Positions 7,783 to 15,333 are shown, counted from the stretch's first letter. The stretch is 15,333 nucleotides of DNA from Candidatus Methylomirabilales bacterium (GCA_046758505.1 JBHIAH010000061.1:1-15333), one strand, 5' to 3'. Notes: generated by a model from the letters alone, not told the origin. A program made the numbers and translations.

Positions 7783-9684
7783 ATGAGTGAACAACCTTTT
7801 TACATCACGACCCCCATCTACTACGTCAATGACGTCCCCCACCTCGGTCACGCCTATACCACCATCCTGGCCGACACCGCCGCCCGCTTCAAGCGATTCA
7901 CGGGGCACCGGGTCTTCTTCCTGACGGGGACCGACGAGCACGGGAACAAGATCGCCCAGGCCGCGGCCACGGCCGGCGAGGATCCCAAGGTGTATGCCGA
8001 CCGGATCAGCGCCGCCTTCCGGGACACCTGGCAGGCCCTGAAGATCACCCACACCCGCTTCATCCGAACGACCGATCCCTCACACCAGCGACTGGTGCAG
8101 GATCTCCTGCAACGGATCTACGACCGCGGCGATATTTACCTTGGCGAATACGGAGGCCAGTACTGCTTCGGCTGTGAGCGCTTCTATACCGAGCGAGAGC
8201 TCGCGAACGGCAAATGTCCCGATCATCAAGTCGAACCCACCTTTATTAAAGAGCAAAACTACTTCTTTCGGATGAGCAAGTACCAGGGGCGGTTGGTCAA
8301 GCACCTCGAGGACCACCCCGACTTCATCCGTCCAGAGCGGTACCGCAATGAGGTCCTGGGCTTCCTCCGGGACCCGTTAGAAGACCTCTGTATCTCGCGG
8401 CCGGTCAGCCGTTTAAGTTGGGGAATCCCCCTTCCGTTCGATCCCCACTACGTGACCTACGTCTGGTTCGACGCCCTGATCAATTACTTGAGCGGCCTGG
8501 GCTATCCGCACAGCGACGAATCGCGCACCTTCTGGCCCAAGGCCAATCACCTGATCGCGAAGGATATTCTCAAACCGCACGGCATCTACTGGCCCACCAT
8601 CCTCTGGGCGGCCGAGATCCCGCTGTACCGCCACCTGCACGTGCACGGGTACTGGAATGTGGAATGGGGAAAGATGTCCAAGAGTCTGGGCAATGTGATT
8701 CGCCCCCTCGATCTCACCCAAAAATACGGCCGGGATGCCCTACGCTACTTCCTCCTCAGGGAAATGGTTTTCGGACTGGACGCCAGCTTTAGCGAAGAGG
8801 CGCTGGTCAGTCGGCTGAACGCCGACCTGGCCAACGACCTCGGCAACTTGGTGAGCCGGGTCTTGGCGATGATCGAAAAGTACCTGAGGGGCAGGATCCC
8901 CCAGCGGTTGGGCCCGGAAGGTCCCCCCGACCACGAACTCCTTCAGCACGCCAGAACCAGCATTACGGTCATCTCCGGAGCCGTGGAGGAGTTAGCCTTC
9001 AACCGCGCCCTGGAGTCCCTCTGGGAGCTGGTGAGTGCGGCCAACAAATACGTCGACAGCACCAAGCCGTGGGAGCTCAGCAAAAAGGATCCCCAAGGCC
9101 TGGAACGGGCCCTCTACCATGCCTGGGAGGCGTTGCGGATTGTGGGCCTCCTGCTTTCCCCCTTTCTTCCTGAGACAGGGCAGGCCATCACAAACCAATT
9201 GGGCATTGACGGGAGCATCGAAGAGGCCCGGATCGAACAGGCCGCGTGGGGAAGTCGTCCCACCGCCGGCGTGATTCGCAAGGGGCCACCCCTCTTTCCC
9301 CGCATTGAAGGAGGCTTCATGGCGATCCATGACCAGGAGGAGACTGCACCTGCCATCCCCCAGATCAGTCTCGCGGAGTTTCAGCGCCTCGACCTCAGGG
9401 TGGCCGAGATCGTGCGTGCCGAGCCTATCCAGGGCTCAACAAAACTCCTCGCACTGACCGTCCGTTTGGGCGACGAAGAACGGGTCGTGGTCGCAGGCAT
9501 CCAAGGCCAGTATGCCATCGAGGCGCTGGTCGGCAAAAAGGTCGCGCTCGTGGCCAACCTGAAGCCGGCGAAGCTCAAGGGGATTGAATCGCAGGGGATG
9601 GTCCTGGCCGCCGAAGACGCCGAGGGCCACATCGTGCTGCTCACGCTTGACCGAGACATTCCCCCCGGCTCCACAATCCGCTGA
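7783..9684 (+). CDS. metG: Methionine--tRNA ligase with C-terminal tRNA-binding/dimerisation (Trbp111-like) domain
   Basis: FYITTPIYYVNDVPHLGH (HIGH), TGTDEHG, YCFGCE..CPDH knuckle, YVWFDALINY, KMSKS, LANDLGNLVSR, C-terminal LDLRVAEI..ANLKPAKLKGIESQGMVLAA. Confidence 0.98.
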   Translation: MSEQPFYITTPIYYVNDVPHLGHAYTTILADTAARFKRFTGHRVFFLTGTDEHGNKIAQAAATAGEDPKVYADRISAAFRDTWQALKITHTRFIRTTDPSHQRLVQDLLQRIYDRGDIYLGEYGGQYCFGCERFYTERELANGKCPDHQVEPTFIKEQNYFFRMSKYQGRLVKHLEDHPDFIRPERYRNEVLGFLRDPLEDLCISRPVSRLSWGIPLPFDPHYVTYVWFDALINYLSGLGYPHSDESRTFWPKANHLIAKDILKPHGIYWPTILWAAEIPLYRHLHVHGYWNVEWGKMSKSLGNVIRPLDLTQKYGRDALRYFLLREMVFGLDASFSEEALVSRLNADLANDLGNLVSRVLAMIEKYLRGRIPQRLGPEGPPDHELLQHARTSITVISGAVEELAFNRALESLWELVSAANKYVDSTKPWELSKKDPQGLERALYHAWEALRIVGLLLSPFLPETGQAITNQLGIDGSIEEARIEQAAWGSRPTAGVIRKGPPLFPRIEGGFMAIHDQEETAPAIPQISLAEFQRLDLRVAEIVRAEPIQGSTKLLALTVRLGDEERVVVAGIQGQYAIEALVGKKVALVANLKPAKLKGIESQGMVLAAEDAEGHIVLLTLDRDIPPGSTIR

Positions 9685-9694
9685 ATCCCGCTGC

Positions 9695-9719
9695 CAGCGA
9701 TCGGCAGTCAGCCTTCAGC
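9695..9719 (+). repeat. Degenerate heptamer tandem repeat (CAGCNNT)
   Basis: CAGCGAT CGGCAGT CAGCCTT CAGC directly after the metG stop. Confidence 0.45.
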
Positions 9720-9831
9720 CCCCAAGAAGTTGTTGTCCGCAGCTCGACCGCGTACATCTTCTTTTGGATGACATCCTTCGACAGAAAATCATGCGGAATG
9801 CGGGACGTGTTTCCCCGGGTGTGGGTCGGGG

Positions 9832-11766
9832 TCAGGGGGGTGTGAGCCCCCCGCAGGCCTGGGTAGGATCAGGGGGGGCTTGATGATCAACGACGGTCCG
9901 CAAGGCGGCGCAGATGGTGGGCCAGTGGTGAGGAAAATTCGCGTGAACCTGTGCAAGGACCCCAGGAACTCCAGCGATCTCCATATTGACGGCGTCGGGG
10001 GCGTGGTTCACGGCGAGGCGGCGTCCCAGACAGTCCCCGGTTTGGGTGGCACCCCCCACAATCGCGTCATCGTTGCCAGCGGCAAAGAGGTTCACGTAGA
10101 GCACACCATCTGCCTGGGAGGGGCGACTGAAGGGCGCCTCGGCGGGATTCGTGTAGCCCGAGGCACAATCGTCCGAAAAGGGATGCGTGTTCAGATCCGT
10201 GATGAAGGTATCATCACCCGGCTGGTTCGTGCTGAAGGGACCAGGGACACCGGGAGGGCACGTGCCGCAGGGGGACAATTGGCTCGTCAGGGTGGCACGA
10301 GACCCACCGCAGAGCTGACGCCGTGCCCGGTCTGGTTCATTGGCGTTGCCGCAACTGAAGACGCCACCCACCCCATGGGTCGGGGCGGCAAGGGCGACGA
10401 ACTCGAAGATCGTGACGGCGCCGTTCTGCCGACTTCCCATAAAGTGTTTCAGGTAGTAGCGACTGCTCATGGTGCCTTGGCTGTACGCGATGATCGCCAG
10501 GCGTCCGATTCCCTGGTAGGCCGGCATGTTGAGAATCCCGACCTGCTGGGCGCCTCCACTGTCGAGCCCCCCTTCGACGATTGCCAGGATGTCCTGGGCA
10601 TCCTCTGCAATGCTGCGACCCTGGATCGCCGGATCCGTGCCGCCATGGACGGGGAGCTCTAGGTAGAAGGCGTCGATCGGCAATTGTGGATTCGCCCCCA
10701 GCGCGGCCGCAAAAGAGGTCCCCCCGGCAGTCTCAAACCACGCCTCGGCCGAGCCGCCGCTGTGTCCGTGGACGAACAGCACGGGCATCCGCTGGCCGAA
10801 ACCCTGGGGCCGATAGCGTACCGCATCCACGCGGCCCGTCACGGGGATCGGCGAAAGCTCCTGCCACGTCACGGTGCGAAAGAGACGCACCGGCCCGGAG
10901 CGCTCGGCCACCGCTAACATGGCGCCATCAGGAGAAAAGTCGGCCCCGCTGAACCCGCCGCTCGAGGAGAGGCTCGTGACCTCCGCGAGATCCGGACTGC
11001 GGCGCACACTCACAGTATTCTCCCGCACCAGGGCGATCCACCCCCCGGAGGGATCAATGGCGACATGGCGCACCACTCCACCAATCTCCTGCAGCCCCAC
11101 CGCATAACCGGCACCCGCGTCGAGCACCACGAACCCGGACGCAGTGCCCGCGATGAGCCTGCCCCCGTCTATCGTGTAGCCCAGGCTGAGGGGGTGCACT
11201 CCAGCGAGGGTCACCAAAACAGGATAGCCGGGACCGATCCCCAGAATCGTCAGTCCCTGGGGCGTCGACACGGCAATCTCACTCCCACCGGGGCGGTACG
11301 CGAGGGCCGGCGAGGGCCGTCCCATGTCCCGGTCCAGGGGTTGGGGGCCGCCGATCCACAGATGTCCGAATAGGGCAGCCAGGGGATCAGGTCTCCAGGG
11401 GATGGCGGCGGCCAGCGATTGGTTGTCGGGGGCGTAGCCCAGGTCCCACGGGCAGGCGGCGGCGTGCACCGCCACTCCGATCTCGCCGTAGGTGCCGCTC
11501 TCGAGTTCCACGACCCGATCGCCGAAACAGATCCCCACAGCGAGCCGCTCCCCGTCGGGCCGGTAGGCCAAACGCATCACCTCTTGATAGCGCGTGATCT
11601 CGTGCAGCGTCTGTCCGCTCTCCGGTTCGACGATCTTGAGCAGGTTCCCGTTCGCGATCGCCAGCTGCTTCGGCGAACCGCAGCCAGTCCCGAGGATCCC
11701 CATGGTAAGGGCGGCGAGCCCGAAAAACAGCGGCGAGTGTTTCACCATGCGACCCAGGACGTCCAT
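9832..11766 (-). CDS. Predicted lipoprotein: WD40/YVTN-like beta-propeller fused to an alpha/beta-hydrolase (lipase/esterase-like) domain
   Basis: SD GGAGGAGG; signal peptide with lipobox LGTG-C; repeated blades (AYRPDGERLAV, YAPDNQSLA, AYRPGGSEIAV, YTIDGGRLI, IDPSGGWIA, FSPDGAMLAV); PVLFVHGH oxyanion strand; nucleophile elbow IIAYSQG; LAAPTHG; candidate Asp (NDDAIV) and His (QVHANF). Confidence 0.85.
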   Translation of the reverse strand: MDVLGRMVKHSPLFFGLAALTMGILGTGCGSPKQLAIANGNLLKIVEPESGQTLHEITRYQEVMRLAYRPDGERLAVGICFGDRVVELESGTYGEIGVAVHAAACPWDLGYAPDNQSLAAAIPWRPDPLAALFGHLWIGGPQPLDRDMGRPSPALAYRPGGSEIAVSTPQGLTILGIGPGYPVLVTLAGVHPLSLGYTIDGGRLIAGTASGFVVLDAGAGYAVGLQEIGGVVRHVAIDPSGGWIALVRENTVSVRRSPDLAEVTSLSSSGGFSGADFSPDGAMLAVAERSGPVRLFRTVTWQELSPIPVTGRVDAVRYRPQGFGQRMPVLFVHGHSGGSAEAWFETAGGTSFAAALGANPQLPIDAFYLELPVHGGTDPAIQGRSIAEDAQDILAIVEGGLDSGGAQQVGILNMPAYQGIGRLAIIAYSQGTMSSRYYLKHFMGSRQNGAVTIFEFVALAAPTHGVGGVFSCGNANEPDRARRQLCGGSRATLTSQLSPCGTCPPGVPGPFSTNQPGDDTFITDLNTHPFSDDCASGYTNPAEAPFSRPSQADGVLYVNLFAAGNDDAIVGGATQTGDCLGRRLAVNHAPDAVNMEIAGVPGVLAQVHANFPHHWPTICAALRTVVDHQAPPDPTQACGGLTPP

Positions 11767-11844
11767 GTCTGCCTCCTCCGCGTTAGCTTCCCCCCGGTAC
11801 GGCTCGCGCCGACCTGCATGATCGTCAACACTCGGTTTCTGAGT

Positions 11845-11850
11845 ATTATA
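11845..11850 (-). promoter_or_regulatory. Candidate -10 element for the lipoprotein gene
   Basis: Perfect TATAAT on the - strand about 80 nt upstream of the start codon; no recognisable -35. Confidence 0.35.
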
Positions 11851-12016
11851 GACGGTCGCTGAGGTACCTTACCAGTGGCCAGTATCGCTTGAGAGGTTAC
11901 GGGTCCCCGCCGTCGAGAGGTGCTATTATCGGCGGCAATGTGACCGCCGACTGCCCCAGAAAGATACAGATGCCTGGGAATGAAACGGGATCGCTGGAGG
12001 GCGGAGGTGGATCGGG

Positions 12017-12157
12017 TCAGGCCGCGGCGGGTTCCGGGTGGGGGAGTGGTTGGTGACAGGAAGGGCAGGCATCCAGGATGTCCACCTGGCCATAGAAGGT
12101 GGGGTCAAGCCATTGAATCGGCTGAATCCAGATTTTGCACACCGGACAGTACAGCAT
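12017..12157 (-). CDS. 46-aa small protein with two CxxC motifs (zinc-ribbon-like)
   Basis: MLYCPVCKIWIQPIQWLDPTFYGQVDILDACPSCHQPLPHPEPAAA; SD GAAGGGGAG 9 nt before the ATG; sigma54 promoter immediately upstream. It is the 3' part of the 122-aa ORF in the track. Confidence 0.7.
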   Translation of the reverse strand: MLYCPVCKIWIQPIQWLDPTFYGQVDILDACPSCHQPLPHPEPAAA

Positions 12158-12189
12158 CGTCACAGTCTCCCCTTCATGTTCTCCGCTAT

Positions 12190-12205
12190 AGCAACCAACG
12201 TGCCA
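12190..12205 (-). promoter_or_regulatory. sigma54 (RpoN) -24/-12 promoter
   Basis: The - strand reads TGGCACG-TTGG-TTGCT, an exact match to the TGGCACG-N4-TTGCW consensus, ending 32 nt upstream of the small-protein ATG. Confidence 0.8.
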
Positions 12206-12496
12206 ACAGGCAGGTTCCCTGGCCAAAACCTCACCTTGTAACCACCGCAGATAATAGACGGATACTGCGTGGCGATTCTTGGGTGGTAACCACCTGGGCC
12301 CTGCCGGGAATTCATGCACTGGTCCTGCAAAGCGACTGTGGATCCGCCCGCCGGCCGTTCTCATCACAGGACAGCATTGAATCACGCCCTGTCAGCTTGC
12401 GGAGGAAATCGCAGGCATGATACCTTAACCACGGGACTAGAGGCTGGACCTCCGCAGCGACGTGCCCTGTGCGGGGGACGCGCGAGGACTGGTGAA

Positions 12497-13000
12497 TTGC
12501 GGGGCGACGCGAATTCGTACAGGGGGGTGGGGGGATGGCTCCTGCTCTTTGTGATCGGGGCGGGAGTGCTCTCTCCCCTCTTTTTTCTCTTCTCCGCCAT
12601 GACCACCTACTACCCCCTGTTCGCAGAGGGGACCTGGCAGACTCTGACCACACCCGCCAGCCCCTCCTTTCACCCCCTCTGGAAGCCCACCATACTCTTC
12701 GAGATGATCGGCAGCTTCCTCGTCGTGGCGTTCGGGATCTACGCTGCGGTTCAACTCTTTGCGGAGAGACCACGGGCACCGGCCCTGGCCATCGCCTTCC
12801 TCGTGGCGAATCTCCTCCTCGCAGTGGTCGACCGCATCTTGGTGAGCTGGATCCCGGCCGCATCAGCCCGGGCGAACTCCGCAGACCTGATCCAGGCGGC
12901 CGCCGCGGCAGCCGTCTGGATCCCCTATTTCAAGCTCTCGAAGCGGGTGAAGGGAACGTACGATCTCTCCTCCAATCGCCTCACGGTTTCCCTACGGTAA
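12497..13000 (+). CDS. DUF2569-like integral membrane protein (about 4 TM helices)
   Basis: GVGGWLLLFVIG N-terminal motif and WIPYFKLSKRVKGTY C-terminal motif, with hydrophobic segments between. Start proposed at in-frame TTG 12497 (SD GAGGA 8 nt upstream); start uncertain. Confidence 0.75.
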   Translation: MRGDANSYRGVGGWLLLFVIGAGVLSPLFFLFSAMTTYYPLFAEGTWQTLTTPASPSFHPLWKPTILFEMIGSFLVVAFGIYAAVQLFAERPRAPALAIAFLVANLLLAVVDRILVSWIPAASARANSADLIQAAAAAAVWIPYFKLSKRVKGTYDLSSNRLTVSLR

Positions 13001-13003
13001 GGG

Positions 13004-13738
13004 ATGCATGACACGATCATGACGATCGAGAGAGAGTCTGAGCTGATCCTTGCATGTCGCGACGTCTCCGGCGGGTACGCGGGGGACGCGCAGCCCCGCG
13101 GGGACGTGCTGAAGGCGATCTCCCTTCAGGTGCGGGCGGGGGAGTGCCTCAGCATCACCGGGCCTTCCGGCTCCGGCAAATCCGCCCTCCTCAGGCTGCT
13201 CAACCGGTTCGAGGATCCCACCGAGGGTGAGATCCATTTCCGGGACGTGCCCCTCCACAACTACGACCCCCTGGAGCTCCGGCGGCGAATCGCCCTGGTC
13301 TTACAGAATCCGGTGATGTTTCATGGCACGGTTCGAGACAATCTCCTCCGGCGCCCGGGCAGGGAGCAGGTCCCAGAGGCCGCGCTCGTTCAGGCCCTCG
13401 CGGAGGTGGGCCTGGACCAATCATTTCTCGACCGGAACGCGCTGGAACTCTCGGGCGGAGAGAAGCAGCGGATCTCCATTGCCAGGTCGCTCCTCGGGGG
13501 ACCCGAGATCCTCCTTTTGGACGAGCCCACCTCGGCCCTCGACGCGCGCAGCCTCCACCGGGTGGCCGACCTGATCACCCACCTCAACCGGGCCAGGGGC
13601 CTGACGCTGATCGTGGTCACCCACCAGGCGGAGTTGATTCACCGCCTGGGGGGGCGGGTCCTGTTTCTCGAAGGGGGCCAGATCATTCGGGAAACGCGGG
13701 CCGAACAGGTGGCCAGGCTGCTGGAGGGACCGCGATGA
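13004..13738 (+). CDS. fetA: ABC transporter ATP-binding protein, FetA/YbbL-like
   Basis: Walker A GPSGSGKS, Q-loop, signature LSGGEKQR, Walker B ILLLDEPTSALD, H-loop VTH; ATGA-coupled to a FetB-like permease. Start could be 13019. Confidence 0.88.
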   Translation: MHDTIMTIERESELILACRDVSGGYAGDAQPRGDVLKAISLQVRAGECLSITGPSGSGKSALLRLLNRFEDPTEGEIHFRDVPLHNYDPLELRRRIALVLQNPVMFHGTVRDNLLRRPGREQVPEAALVQALAEVGLDQSFLDRNALELSGGEKQRISIARSLLGGPEILLLDEPTSALDARSLHRVADLITHLNRARGLTLIVVTHQAELIHRLGGRVLFLEGGQIIRETRAEQVARLLEGPR

Positions 13739-14523
13739 AGCCCATCATCGACGTAGGCACGATCCATCTGCTTCTCGCACTGTTCCTGATTCTGGCGGTG
13801 CTCGCCATCTCCTTCCGGGAACGCCTCGGCCTCGAGCGGGATCTCGTCATCGCGACTGTCCGGACGTTCCTCCAGCTTTTCCTGGTGGGGTACTTTCTGA
13901 TCTACCTCTTTGCCTCGGACCGCTGGGAGCTTGTTCTGCTCACGCTCATTTTCATGCTCGCCGCCGCCTCCTGGATTGCCGTGGGCAGATTGAGGCAGCC
14001 GTTGCCGGGGGCCCGCTGGATCGCGGTCGCGTCGCTCACCGTGGGGAGCGCCATCACCCTCGCCTTTGTGACCCAGGTCGTGATCGGGGTCGAGCCCTGG
14101 TATGATCCCCGATATCTCATTCCTATCGGCGGGATGATTCTGGGGAACGCCATGACCGGGGCGGCCCTCGCAGGGGAACGATTCCAGGGTGAGCTCCGCG
14201 CGCGGGTGGAGGAAGTCGAGACGTTGCTCGCCCTGGGATTCTCCGGGCTGGAAGCCCTCCGAGACCTCTACCGTTCAGCCATCCGCGCGGCCATGATTCC
14301 GACGATCAATGCCATGCTCGCCGTGGGAATTGTGCAACTTCCCGGGATGATGACCGGGCAAATCCTCTCCGGCACCTCCCCGCTCATCGCCGTGAAGTAC
14401 CAGGTCGTCGTCATGCTCATGATCACCTGTGCGGTTGCTCTCAGCTCGTTCCTCTTCCTCCACCTCGCCGTCAAGCGCTACCTCACCCCAGCCCACCAAC
14501 TCAAACGACAGCTTATCCTGTAG
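13735..14523 (+). CDS. fetB: ABC transporter permease, FetB/YbbM (UPF0014) family
   Basis: LGLERDLVIATVRTFLQLFLVGY, PWYDPRYLIPIGGMILGNAM, ETLLALG, AMIPTIN..VGIVQLPGMMTGQILSG.SPL.AVKYQ. Confidence 0.92.
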   Translation: MKPIIDVGTIHLLLALFLILAVLAISFRERLGLERDLVIATVRTFLQLFLVGYFLIYLFASDRWELVLLTLIFMLAAASWIAVGRLRQPLPGARWIAVASLTVGSAITLAFVTQVVIGVEPWYDPRYLIPIGGMILGNAMTGAALAGERFQGELRARVEEVETLLALGFSGLEALRDLYRSAIRAAMIPTINAMLAVGIVQLPGMMTGQILSGTSPLIAVKYQVVVMLMITCAVALSSFLFLHLAVKRYLTPAHQLKRQLIL

Positions 14524-14574
14524 AAATCCGTACATTTCAGTTGTCAACATGTATTCAATGTACCTATACGTATT

Positions 14575-14589
14575 ATCAATACTATTGAT
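14575..14589. promoter_or_regulatory. Palindromic operator-like site in an AT-rich intergenic region
   Basis: ATCAATA-C-TATTGAT, perfect 7-1-7 inverted repeat, about 47 nt upstream of the methyltransferase start. Confidence 0.45.
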
Positions 14590-14636
14590 TTGACCTATTC
14601 AACTCCTTTGTGGAAAATGCGCCGCAGGAGGGGCTC

Positions 14637-15333
14637 GTGAAGTCTGCGACCGTTGTATCCACAACCCGGGTGGACACACCCGAAATCGCACGGGAGTATT
14701 GGGAAGAGTACTTTGCCGTGGCCCAGAGACTGGGCTATTCCTGGATGGACGAAGCCAAGGGGTTTGTCCCCCTTGTTGCGTACCTGAGGAAAGTCGGAGC
14801 CGCGCGCGTCCTGGACCTCGGGTGCGGGGCGGGCGACGTCGGCTCCCTCCTGAGCCGCTCAGGATTTCGAGTGATCGGCCTCGACCTGGCGGGCTCTGCC
14901 CTCCGGTTCGCCCGGGAACGCCACCCGACACTCGAGGTAGTCCAGGCGGACCTCAGCACGCGTCTTCCCTTCCGTTCGGGGACCTTCGACGCCGTGGTTA
15001 CCTGCCTGGCGCTTCACTACTTCTCGTGGAACACGACCGTCGCCATCCTGCGGGAAGTTTACCGGCTGATCAGTGAGGGGGGCATCTTCTTCTTCCGCGT
15101 CAATTCCACCGCCGACCGGGCGCACGGTGCAGGACGGGGGCGACAGGTGGAGCCCAACCTCTACGAACGCGGTGGTCGCCTCAAGCGGTTCTTTGACGAG
15201 GCAGACTGCCGCTCCCTGGTCAGGGATCTCAATCTCCTTCTCCTCGAGCACCGGCAGGTTCCGCACCTCGACTGTGTGGATGGATGCTGGGGGGTCCGAC
15301 ACAAGGCGGTCTGGGACGGGCTGGCCCAAAAGG
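14637..15333 (+). CDS. Class I SAM-dependent methyltransferase (3' end beyond the window; absent from the ORF track)
   Basis: Translated by hand: SD AGGAGG then GTG 14637, MKSATVVSTTRVDTPEIAREYWEEYF...RVLDLGCGAGDV..GFRVIGLDLA..VVQADL..LPFRSGTFDAVVTCLALHYF..EVYRLISEGGIFFFRVNS. No stop codon before the window end. Confidence 0.9.
   Translation, partial: MKSATVVSTTRVDTPEIAREYWEEYFAVAQRLGYSWMDEAKGFVPLVAYLRKVGAARVLDLGCGAGDVGSLLSRSGFRVIGLDLAGSALRFARERHPTLEVVQADLSTRLPFRSGTFDAVVTCLALHYFSWNTTVAILREVYRLISEGGIFFFRVNSTADRAHGAGRGRQVEPNLYERGGRLKRFFDEADCRSLVRDLNLLLLEHRQVPHLDCVDGCWGVRHKAVWDGLAQK

Noticed and set aside
9880..10662. 260-aa + strand ORF
   Set aside because: Antisense to the well-supported lipoprotein gene, with no recognisable motifs.
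11929..11950. Hairpin TCGGCGG-N8-CCGCCGA downstream of the small CxxC gene
   Set aside because: No U-tract on either strand, so it cannot be called a terminator; 7-bp GC stems are common by chance here.
14542..14547. Perfect TTGACA on the - strand pointing antisense into fetB
   Set aside because: No acceptable -10 hexamer at 16-18 nt spacing.
14699..15329. Track ORFs 14699-15076 (+) and 14859-15329 (-)
   Set aside because: The real gene is the methyltransferase in another + frame (14637 to the window end), which the track omitted because it has no stop codon in the window.

Overview
GC-rich bacterial chromosomal window. Left part, all + strand: a DUF465/YdcH-like protein, moaC, an AcuC/HDAC-family deacetylase and a double zinc-ribbon protein. 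Next come a ~250 bp non-coding MITE-like element with 16-bp perfect terminal inverted repeats, a terminator hairpin and a good sigma70 promoter. That promoter heads a tightly coupled operon: selA, a helical-repeat hypothetical protein, tmk, holB, ricT/yaaT (PSP1) and metG. Right part is accessory-looking. On the - strand are a beta-propeller + alpha/beta-hydrolase lipoprotein and an easily missed 46-aa two-CxxC protein behind a consensus sigma54 promoter. On the + strand are a DUF2569-like membrane protein, a FetA/FetB-like ABC pair and a class I SAM methyltransferase that runs off the window end. The most interesting observations are the sigma54-driven mini zinc-ribbon gene, an internal Shine-Dalgarno/ATG in metG that could release a free Trbp111-like domain, the nested MITE that supplies a stop codon, and the propeller-hydrolase fusion. 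No rRNA, tRNA, CRISPR array or transposase was seen. All family calls come from motif recognition by eye; no database searches were run.
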